Positions 49,441 to 57,098 of a DNA stretch of 64,000 bases are shown piece after piece. Source of the DNA: a bacterium (lineage in GTDB: Bacteria; Zhuqueibacterota; Zhuqueibacteria; Residuimicrobiales; Residuimicrobiaceae). The notes below the pieces were generated by a model. It searched no databases. It had not been told where the DNA came from and saw only the letters and a program-made list of their open reading frames with translations. Every line of letters begins with the position of its first letter. Within the stretch, counting starts at the first letter, position 1. The stretch covers positions 556,035 through 620,034 of the forward strand of contig JAKQNR010000022.1 of the NCBI GenBank assembly GCA_029565685.1, written 5' to 3'. Both the position numbers and the translations under genes were made by a program.

Positions 49441-50495
49441 CCCTCTTGCATCGCCGTCTCGTACATGGCCAGCACATTTTCAGTGGGGGAGTTGTCCTGG
49501 ATTTCATGCGTAGGCGCCAGAGCGTAACCGCCGCCCGGCATCATAATCTCCAGCGTGGATTGGACGATTTTGCGGACCTGGTCCACAGTGCCAAAGGCCA
49601 ATTCGCCGGCGGTGGAAATCATGCCATGGAAAGCCAGTTTGGCGCCGTAGCTCTTTTTAAGAAAGGCCGGCGCCATGTCTTGAGCCTCAGGTTGCAGGGT
49701 GTCGACTACAGAGACGCCCATTTCGATAAAGTCATTGAACGCCCAGCTGCTGGAGCCGCATGAATGTATCATCACCGGCAGGTTGTAAGACTTGGCCAGA
49801 TCGATGAATTTCTGATGTCTGGGACGAATATGCTTGCGATAGAGGTTGAGGCTGATCGTCGGACCGCGCTGAGTGCCCAGGTCTTCGCCCATCCAAAAGA
49901 GATCGACGGCGCCCTTGCCGGCCTCCAGGATGCGTTCCATGATCTGCAGCCACAGGTTGGTGCAGCGATCGATCAGCAGCAAACCAGCCGGTTCATCCAG
50001 CATAAGATCGACCAGCACCTGTTCCATGGTGCGCAGCATGCCTATGGAATTGATAATGTCGCCGACACCAGGGTGCCCGACGACAACGCAATAGTCTTTG
50101 TATTGACGGCTTAAATGGGCGATGGCGGAATAGTCGAAATCGTCCGGATTCGGCAGCTTCCAATTGGCGACGGTTTCGATGTCGGCGTTTTGCAGCGGCC
50201 AGGTGCAATAGTCCCAATAGCCGCCCCAGTCGTGTTGAACCCAGCGTCGATGGCGGCCAAAGTTATCGACGGTGATGCCCGGCAGATCCTGGTAGAGTTT
50301 TTGCCCGATGTAAGGCGCATCGATGGCACGAAAGTCAACGCCCAATCGTTGCCGCAAGGCCTCATCGTCGTTCTGGTTAAGGCCGAAATGATCTTTGAGC
50401 CGGGCATCGATAGCCGGATTGTAGAGATAATTAATCGGCACACGATCCGGAATCGCATGGCCGAATGCGGTTAACACACGGTCTTTGGATTTCAT
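49428..50495 (-). CDS. URO-D family protein, paralog 3
   Basis: 355 aa. 'MIHSCGSSSWAFNDFIEMGVSVVDTLQPE' parallels the other two paralogs. First gene of the operon, preceded by a 342-bp intergenic region. Confidence 0.65.
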   Translation of the reverse strand: MKSKDRVLTAFGHAIPDRVPINYLYNPAIDARLKDHFGLNQNDDEALRQRLGVDFRAIDAPYIGQKLYQDLPGITVDNFGRHRRWVQHDWGGYWDYCTWPLQNADIETVANWKLPNPDDFDYSAIAHLSRQYKDYCVVVGHPGVGDIINSIGMLRTMEQVLVDLMLDEPAGLLLIDRCTNLWLQIMERILEAGKGAVDLFWMGEDLGTQRGPTISLNLYRKHIRPRHQKFIDLAKSYNLPVMIHSCGSSSWAFNDFIEMGVSVVDTLQPEAQDMAPAFLKKSYGAKLAFHGMISTAGELAFGTVDQVRKIVQSTLEIMMPGGGYALAPTHEIQDNSPTENVLAMYETAMQEGWYR

Positions 50496-50837
50496 ATTCT
50501 AACTTACAAAAAAAATAGAGAAAAAGAAAAGAATTTATTTTGACGATACGAGGAAGGAATTAAAAAATGCACCGAGGCGTTGGTGAGCAGCATAGATCAT
50601 CGTGGGCATCGACCGCACCTCATCCCATCGACGCTGCTTCGATTAGTGGAGGCAGCGGAATCAAAAAGTCGGCGCCATGTTCTGCTGTTGGATAGATCCG
50701 TGGATGATCGGCGATGCATTTGACGCCGCCGGCCAACCATTTAGAATCAATCCATTTTGGGCAAGAGCTTTTGCAGAACAGTAAAAATTGTTTCAGCCCA
50801 AGGATGCAAAAAGGGTATCACAAAAGGATCAAAAAGG

Positions 50838-52328
50838 TTATGGCTTTTTTGCTTCATTGATCGCCCGCGCGCGCAACCTTCCTAGAAAACCCTTAATCTC
50901 TGGATTGAGATCGCTTAACATCTTGATGTAGCTTTGTTCCGCGAAATCGACCTCCACCTGGCGGATGTTGACCGGATCGATTCTTAGGGCCTTTTGGCAT
51001 TCCTCATAAGCAGGATAGGTTATGGCGGTGACGCCAGGGAAAACCCCATTATCGATCAGGGTCTTGGCGAGCAGCAACGCGATATAATAGTTTCCCAGAT
51101 CATTGGGATGAACATGGTCGATGAACAAGGATGGCTCAGGATAGGTTCGCTGCGAATGTTGGACAAAATAGGATTCCACATCCGCCAGCATTACAGAATG
51201 CCGGGAGGCCAGATCGCGGCAGATCATAGGAAAATAAGTGCGTGCGCGGAACGGCAAAAGGTCGTAATCTTTAGCCTGCAGCAACGAAAGGCCGGCGCTT
51301 TCATAATCTTTCTGCCGCACGAACGCCATACCGGCATGATAACTGACGCTGGCGTTGGTGGAATCCAATTGGTAGAGACGCTGCCAAATTTCCAGGGCCT
51401 TTACCATATCGCCCGAATTAAACGCGGTTTTGGCTTGTGCGTCGAGCGAGTCCCAGTTGACGATGGTGCGTTTATCGCCAACAAACTGATTTTTTGAAAT
51501 AAAAGGCGGAAAAGTCCAATTGGAAACCGGAGTGCACAGCATGACCTGAATATCATGTTTGCGTGCCAGCCGGATCAGGTCTTCTAGATTGCGGCGATAA
51601 TTATCGGCTACCACCTGATTCAAAGGATCCTGAAACGCCACCGTATTGCGCTGGCTCCATTGCAGGTCGTTCGCCGTCCGGATGCTGCTGCGGGGGGTGA
51701 TCCAGCGTATCGCTTTCAGCATTCCCTGATAGAGAAAAGTCCGGCGCAGGCCCATAAACAGGGCGTACAAAGTCCGATTCTGATACAGCGCGGTTTTTTC
51801 CTTGGCAATGACAAATTCGTTGGGGCCGAAAAATTCATTATGACCGGAATAGACGATCACCAGATCCGGCTGATGCTTGATCAATGAAGAAAACACGTCC
51901 AAGACGTTCAGGCTGTTGAGGGCGTTGCAGCTGGCGTTGAGCAACTCGATTTCAGGCAGCGACCGGTTATACTGCAAAACTGCACGCAGATAATTCGGGA
52001 AAGAGGTCGGACACTCGAATTGGGGAAAGGTGTTGTAGGGATAGCCCGCCGGGGTGGATTCGCCGACGACAAAAATGCGGAAGCGTCCTCCCTTTTCCGC
52101 ATGAATGGCCCGATTGCTCGCCGAGGTCGGGAATAGGTCTTTTTTTTCAAAGAGAAAAAAATCGTTGAAATAGGATTGATTGAGATAAAAAGTGCCCTTA
52201 TTGCGATCCCGCTTCAACGGCTCAAAACGCTGGGTTGCCCGGTTGGCTAGAGACTCCAGGCCCAACCACAGTGCCAACGGTAGAATGAACAGGATCGAAT
52301 AAAAGAGTATTTTTTTTGATCGCTTCAC
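50838..52328 (-). CDS. SGNH/GDSL-type hydrolase-fold membrane protein with TPR region
   Basis: N-terminal TM. 'IFVVGESTPAGYP' (block I Ser). 'VIVYSGHNEF' (block II/III). 'IDHVHPN' (block V Asp/His). TPR-like C-terminus. GTGA overlap with the lipoprotein gene. Confidence 0.65.
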   Translation of the reverse strand: MKRSKKILFYSILFILPLALWLGLESLANRATQRFEPLKRDRNKGTFYLNQSYFNDFFLFEKKDLFPTSASNRAIHAEKGGRFRIFVVGESTPAGYPYNTFPQFECPTSFPNYLRAVLQYNRSLPEIELLNASCNALNSLNVLDVFSSLIKHQPDLVIVYSGHNEFFGPNEFVIAKEKTALYQNRTLYALFMGLRRTFLYQGMLKAIRWITPRSSIRTANDLQWSQRNTVAFQDPLNQVVADNYRRNLEDLIRLARKHDIQVMLCTPVSNWTFPPFISKNQFVGDKRTIVNWDSLDAQAKTAFNSGDMVKALEIWQRLYQLDSTNASVSYHAGMAFVRQKDYESAGLSLLQAKDYDLLPFRARTYFPMICRDLASRHSVMLADVESYFVQHSQRTYPEPSLFIDHVHPNDLGNYYIALLLAKTLIDNGVFPGVTAITYPAYEECQKALRIDPVNIRQVEVDFAEQSYIKMLSDLNPEIKGFLGRLRARAINEAKKP

Positions 52329-53320
52329 GAATTGGCCGCAGACGATGAGGTGACGGGTTCAAAAACTTTTAAATGTTCCAGGGGATGCGAGACCATCAGG
52401 TAAAAGCGGTCGCCCGCGACGACGAATTTATGATACCAGGGCGCCCAGGGCTCGGCATCGATGCCGATGGTGACGGCCTGAGGAAGTACAAAGGACTTGA
52501 TCCGGTTGAATTTGAAATCATACTGGTCTATGGTTTGGCAAAAAATCGTTTCGTTGGTGAGCTCCGGATTGACTCGCAGAATAAAGATCCCCTGCTCATT
52601 CACATACATGTCTTCCATATGGAAAACAAAGGTCGTGGTCTCTGAATTGCGTATCGGCTCCAGTTTCTTTTTCAACAGCAGCTTTCCAGAGCGATCATAA
52701 AGAAATGCAGAGTCTAAAAGTGTTGGAACATAGGCGATATCGCCCGTGGGCGTGAAGGCGGCAAAAGCGAAATCCACACCGGCTAACTGGTAAAAAGCGC
52801 TGCGCGGCGAACGAAAGGTGTTCAGGAGCGCGCCGGAATCATCGTAGATTTCCAGGCAATAGCCGAATTGGGCTTTATCGCCCATACGGTTGACGAGGAT
52901 CAGCCCATCCGGAGATACCGTGACAGCGCCGCGTCCACCGATAGGGATGCTTTTGCGGAATTGTCCGTCCAGCGAGTAAAACTGCAACGAACCGAGATTG
53001 TGCAGGATCAGGGTGGTGTCGATAATTTGCACAGTGGATGGACGGTTGACATAACCATCCCCCGAGCCATAGGCGATCAGCTCTTTGATAAAAGCTCCGG
53101 TGGCGTCGAATTTGCTCACAGTGGATTTGTCCACATCGAGAATGTAGAAATTTCCGGTCCGGTCCATGGCCAGGTGTTTGACTCTGCTGAAAAATTCCTC
53201 CGTAGCGGCGGCTGGTATTTGCAGATGAAAATCGGTTTGATTTAATGGGATGCTCGGCGTTTTGCCGCATGAAGCGAATAAAGCCGCGAAGAGGATGAGG
53301 AGCGGTATTTTTTTCAACAT
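52325..53320 (-). CDS. Lipoprotein, predicted beta-propeller (NHL/TolB-like repeats)
   Basis: Lipobox 'LFASCGK'. Repeated 'G..Y.LD' beta-strand units. No catalytic motif recognised. Confidence 0.55.
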   Translation of the reverse strand: MLKKIPLLILFAALFASCGKTPSIPLNQTDFHLQIPAAATEEFFSRVKHLAMDRTGNFYILDVDKSTVSKFDATGAFIKELIAYGSGDGYVNRPSTVQIIDTTLILHNLGSLQFYSLDGQFRKSIPIGGRGAVTVSPDGLILVNRMGDKAQFGYCLEIYDDSGALLNTFRSPRSAFYQLAGVDFAFAAFTPTGDIAYVPTLLDSAFLYDRSGKLLLKKKLEPIRNSETTTFVFHMEDMYVNEQGIFILRVNPELTNETIFCQTIDQYDFKFNRIKSFVLPQAVTIGIDAEPWAPWYHKFVVAGDRFYLMVSHPLEHLKVFEPVTSSSAANS

Positions 53321-53444
53321 AAGGCCTATCTCATCAATACGGGTATAAAAAACGGGAGATTCGCAAGCGAAGATCGGTTGCGAATCCCCCGCCGTTTATA
53401 TAGGCTTCTGCGAGCAATGAAATCCTCGCAGAAGCCATTATACC

Positions 53445-54497
53445 TTAGAACTTGAACGAAACCGACAGACGATTCACATCATCCATCAGGTCGAATTGCG
53501 ACCAGCTGTAATCGACGACCAGATCGTGGCCGCTGTAAGGCAGCACGATGCCGGCGCCCAGAGACAGGCCTTCGTCGGTGCGAGCATAGGTCTTTTGATC
53601 GTACCAGTGATCGCGAGTGACTTTTTCAACAATCTGGTAAGAGGAGCGGGGACCAAACTCGTCCTTCATGCCCATATAGTTGAATTTGTAGCCGGCGCGA
53701 AAACTGATGTTTTTCAGCAAGGTGGCTTCTAGACCGCCAAGAATCATCTGATCGGCGTCCAACGGTTTGGTGGCGTCCACATAACCTTTGAACGAGAAAT
53801 CGTCGGATTGGATCATGCTCATGGAAACACCAAAGCTGAACACCATCGGCAGGCTGAACGGCACGTAATAGTACTCGAGATCGCCGCCCAGATTCTGGAT
53901 GCGGGCGCCGATGGCCAGATCGCGGTAGCCGAGCATATAGATGGCGCCGAAATCGAAAGCCAAAGTTCCAACGGTTTCCACATCGATTTTCTCGCTGTAG
54001 TACTTAACCGTGGCGCCCATCGACAGTTTGTCGGTGAATTGTCTGGCATAGCTCAAGCCGATGACGGCGGAATTGTAATCGAACATGGCTGCGTCCGAAT
54101 ATTCCACTCCTTCCAGACCAGGCTGAACGTCGCGGTTGGCTTCGATATCATTGATGCCGGACATCAAGCCGCCCAGGGCCAGAGTTCCCCAGCTGCCAAA
54201 AGAGTGCGACACCGCAAACGCGTTGTGGTTGATGTCCGCAATCCATTTGTTGTAGGAAAAAGTAACCTGGGTTTCTCCTTCCGGCATAGAGATGCCGGCT
54301 GGGTTCCAAAATAACTGATTGACGTCGTTGGTCACAGTCGTGATGGCCGAACCGATACCGACCGCTTTGGCGCCGACGCCTACTTTCAGAATCGACGCGC
54401 CCGAGATTCCCGTTTTTTTCATAGTCTGCGGGAAGGCGGCAACGGCAAGCACCAGCAGAAAGACGACCAACAGCGTGGAGATTGATTTATGTCTCAT
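53445..54497 (-). CDS. PorV/PorQ-like outer-membrane beta-barrel (T9SS-associated shuttle-like)
   Basis: Signal peptide. 'GISGASILKVGVGAKAVGIGSAITTVTNDVNQLFWNPAGIS' is the family N-terminal signature. Terminal aromatic 'VSFKF'. Confidence 0.65.
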   Translation of the reverse strand: MRHKSISTLLVVFLLVLAVAAFPQTMKKTGISGASILKVGVGAKAVGIGSAITTVTNDVNQLFWNPAGISMPEGETQVTFSYNKWIADINHNAFAVSHSFGSWGTLALGGLMSGINDIEANRDVQPGLEGVEYSDAAMFDYNSAVIGLSYARQFTDKLSMGATVKYYSEKIDVETVGTLAFDFGAIYMLGYRDLAIGARIQNLGGDLEYYYVPFSLPMVFSFGVSMSMIQSDDFSFKGYVDATKPLDADQMILGGLEATLLKNISFRAGYKFNYMGMKDEFGPRSSYQIVEKVTRDHWYDQKTYARTDEGLSLGAGIVLPYSGHDLVVDYSWSQFDLMDDVNRLSVSFKF

Positions 54498-54538
54498 AGA
54501 GCATCTTCTCCTTCAAATAATAGGCTGTTTCATTAGAC

Positions 54539-57052
54539 TTAGCGTTGAATGGCCAAATAGCCCTTTTGTTGGCCGCCGGGATACTCCGCTAGCCAAATGT
54601 ACAAACCGCTGGCAACTTCGGGACCGTCTTTGGTGAACATATCCCAGAACAGAGCGCCGTTGGTCGGGTCTGTACCTTCGTACTCGAGCACTTGCATAAT
54701 CTGGCCGGACAGATCCAGAATGGTAATACGGGTGTCGGAGGTCAGGTTGTAGAACTGGATTTTGTGCTCAAGGCCGACATCATGAGGAGCCTGCACTTTG
54801 TAAGGATTCGGTTTGACCATGATTTTCTTTTCGCCCTTGACCAATGTGGAAGCAGCGACGCGGGGCGGCTGCAGCACAAAGTTGGCGCCAAGGTATTTCT
54901 TGCCAGCCAGATCGGTCGTGGGATACTGGGCGGCGCCGGAGGCGAAATGATAGGTGCCGTACCAACGGCCGTCACGGCCGTTCCAGTTGTCTTTGTGCGT
55001 TTCCAGGCTGGTGAAGGGTACGCCGGCCACCGTGCCGGATTCATTGTCAAAAGCCGCTACATAGTACCAATAGGTATAGCCGGTTTTAACCTGCTCATCC
55101 ATATCTACGAACTGATAAGGATAAGTGGCCTTTTCGCTGCCGGTATTCTGATATTCCGCCTTGGCCAAATCCGCCTTAGGAATATAGGCGATGATCTTCC
55201 ACGGCCCGGAGGGATTGGCATCCCAGTCGATGCGGAAGCTGGCCGGGCGGCTGTAGTTGGGGTTAATGGGTTTGCTGTATCGGGATTCCAACTGATCATC
55301 GGTGGCGCCGATGTCGGCAGCGGTCTGATGATGATAGTTATCCAGATAGCGGATGCCGAACTTTTCGTAATTGACTTTCGGATAAGCCGTGGTGCGATAG
55401 ATCTTGTAGCCGGCGAAATCCGGCGCCGTTTCGGCAACCTTGTTCCAAATGACCTGAGTCTTATAACCGCCTTGAGCTTCCACCGCGTTCAGCTTCATAT
55501 CCGGCATCGGTGGAGGCACCGGCAGATTCCAGCCGTTTGCATAAGCGTAACGGGCGGTTTTCAGCGATTGACGCATACCGGCCAGACGATAACCGGCGTA
55601 TTCAACCCAGACAATGGTCATGGTTTCGCCGACCTTCAACGCAAAGGGGCCGACGCCGTTGTTGCAGTTGCCGTCAAAGTTGTAATAGGTCGGCGGCATA
55701 CCGCCGTCGGTCCAGGTGTCTGCATCCGGGATTGGCGGGTTGGTTTTGCCAGGAAAGTTCTTCTCCCAGTTCTGCAGCCACTTGCGGGTGTATTTCATAT
55801 CGCCCATGGGCTGACCGCGTTCCGCCTCGGGTTTCACAATGCTGACGAAAGAGAGCGGATCGCCGGGGGTGTAGGGTTTGGTAACGTCGAAATAATTGGG
55901 ATCAGGTTTCACTTCACTCAAGGCTGAAACCTGCCAGCTTTTTCCGCCGTCTTCATACCAGGTGCCGGAGGCCAACAGGAACGCCAGATAGGGTTTGCTG
56001 CACCCGCCGCTGGGGAACTCGCGAGTGACCGAGGTGTACCAGCCGCGCTGAGCGCCCTCACCGATGGGGTGGCTGTCGAAGATGGTCTTTTTATCCGGCG
56101 CCGCAATGCCCAGATCCATGGGCCCTTGCTTGACCGCCAGATAGCTGGAACCGTCCCACAGATCACGGTTCACGCCGCGTCCGTCGCGATAACCGATTTT
56201 GCGTTCGCCGTCCGGCGCCCACAGATCAGCGCCGACGAGCGACTGAGTAACATTGGTATCGAATTCAAAGGTGGCATCCCAGGGATTGCCATCCGGATCC
56301 GGGCTGGCGTCATAGCCGGACATTCTTGAAGTCGCCCAGGATTGATTCCACCGGTTGCCGGCGGTGTTGTTGAACATGGAGCCGATGATCTCTTTGCTTT
56401 CAATCACCGTAAGAGCTTCGATGTCATGATTGGTGCGTTCATAGACGCCGTCGCCGTTGGTGTCCTGGTTGCCGGTGTTGGTCAGCTGCAGTTCCATGGC
56501 AATCCAGTCGTTCATGTTGGCTTCATTGCAGTTGAAAGCACGCACGCGCATCTTGACGTCCACGCCGATGTTGGTCGGGAAAGCGCACTCGTAGACCATC
56601 TGATTGCGATCTGTGGCGCTCTTCCAGGGAACGCCGCCCTTGGCATCGGCGTTGGTGGACACGCCGCCCAGGACCGTGAGCCACGAAGCGTTGATGAACT
56701 GCTTCGCGCGCGGATCGGTATCCGTGGTGAAATTGTTGAAATTAGGGATTTTGCTGTATTCGGTCATGACGAAATTATGACCCCAGGGAATGTTGACTTC
56801 GGAACCGCTGGGATACATTTTGGTCGGCGTTGTCCATTGACGTTCCAAGCAACCCAATTTCATCAAATTGGTGTTTTTTGAAGGATCCGTATTAGACTCG
56901 CCGGAGTATTTAAAGACCGCGGTGGGGGCAAAGCTGTCCCAGAGGTCGCCACAGGTCATTACACCGACCCCAGGATACTCTGCGGCAAAAACCGACCCGG
57001 CTAATACCCATGTAAAGATTAGAAAGCCAAGGAATCGTTTTGTCTTGTTCAT
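54539..57052 (-). CDS. Large secreted protein of unknown function with T9SS type-A C-terminal sorting domain
   Basis: Signal peptide 'MNKTKRFLGFLIFTWVLAGSVFA'. 837 aa rich in Trp/Tyr/Asn/Gly with no recognisable catalytic motif. C-terminus 'ITILDLSGQIMQVLEYEG...ASGLYIWLAEYPGGQQKGYLAIQR' is Por_Secre_tail-like. Confidence 0.7.
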   Translation of the reverse strand: MNKTKRFLGFLIFTWVLAGSVFAAEYPGVGVMTCGDLWDSFAPTAVFKYSGESNTDPSKNTNLMKLGCLERQWTTPTKMYPSGSEVNIPWGHNFVMTEYSKIPNFNNFTTDTDPRAKQFINASWLTVLGGVSTNADAKGGVPWKSATDRNQMVYECAFPTNIGVDVKMRVRAFNCNEANMNDWIAMELQLTNTGNQDTNGDGVYERTNHDIEALTVIESKEIIGSMFNNTAGNRWNQSWATSRMSGYDASPDPDGNPWDATFEFDTNVTQSLVGADLWAPDGERKIGYRDGRGVNRDLWDGSSYLAVKQGPMDLGIAAPDKKTIFDSHPIGEGAQRGWYTSVTREFPSGGCSKPYLAFLLASGTWYEDGGKSWQVSALSEVKPDPNYFDVTKPYTPGDPLSFVSIVKPEAERGQPMGDMKYTRKWLQNWEKNFPGKTNPPIPDADTWTDGGMPPTYYNFDGNCNNGVGPFALKVGETMTIVWVEYAGYRLAGMRQSLKTARYAYANGWNLPVPPPMPDMKLNAVEAQGGYKTQVIWNKVAETAPDFAGYKIYRTTAYPKVNYEKFGIRYLDNYHHQTAADIGATDDQLESRYSKPINPNYSRPASFRIDWDANPSGPWKIIAYIPKADLAKAEYQNTGSEKATYPYQFVDMDEQVKTGYTYWYYVAAFDNESGTVAGVPFTSLETHKDNWNGRDGRWYGTYHFASGAAQYPTTDLAGKKYLGANFVLQPPRVAASTLVKGEKKIMVKPNPYKVQAPHDVGLEHKIQFYNLTSDTRITILDLSGQIMQVLEYEGTDPTNGALFWDMFTKDGPEVASGLYIWLAEYPGGQQKGYLAIQR

Positions 57053-57098
57053 CCTATTTCTCCTCTTATTGGCAATTTTTTAATTAGCCTGTTGCCGG

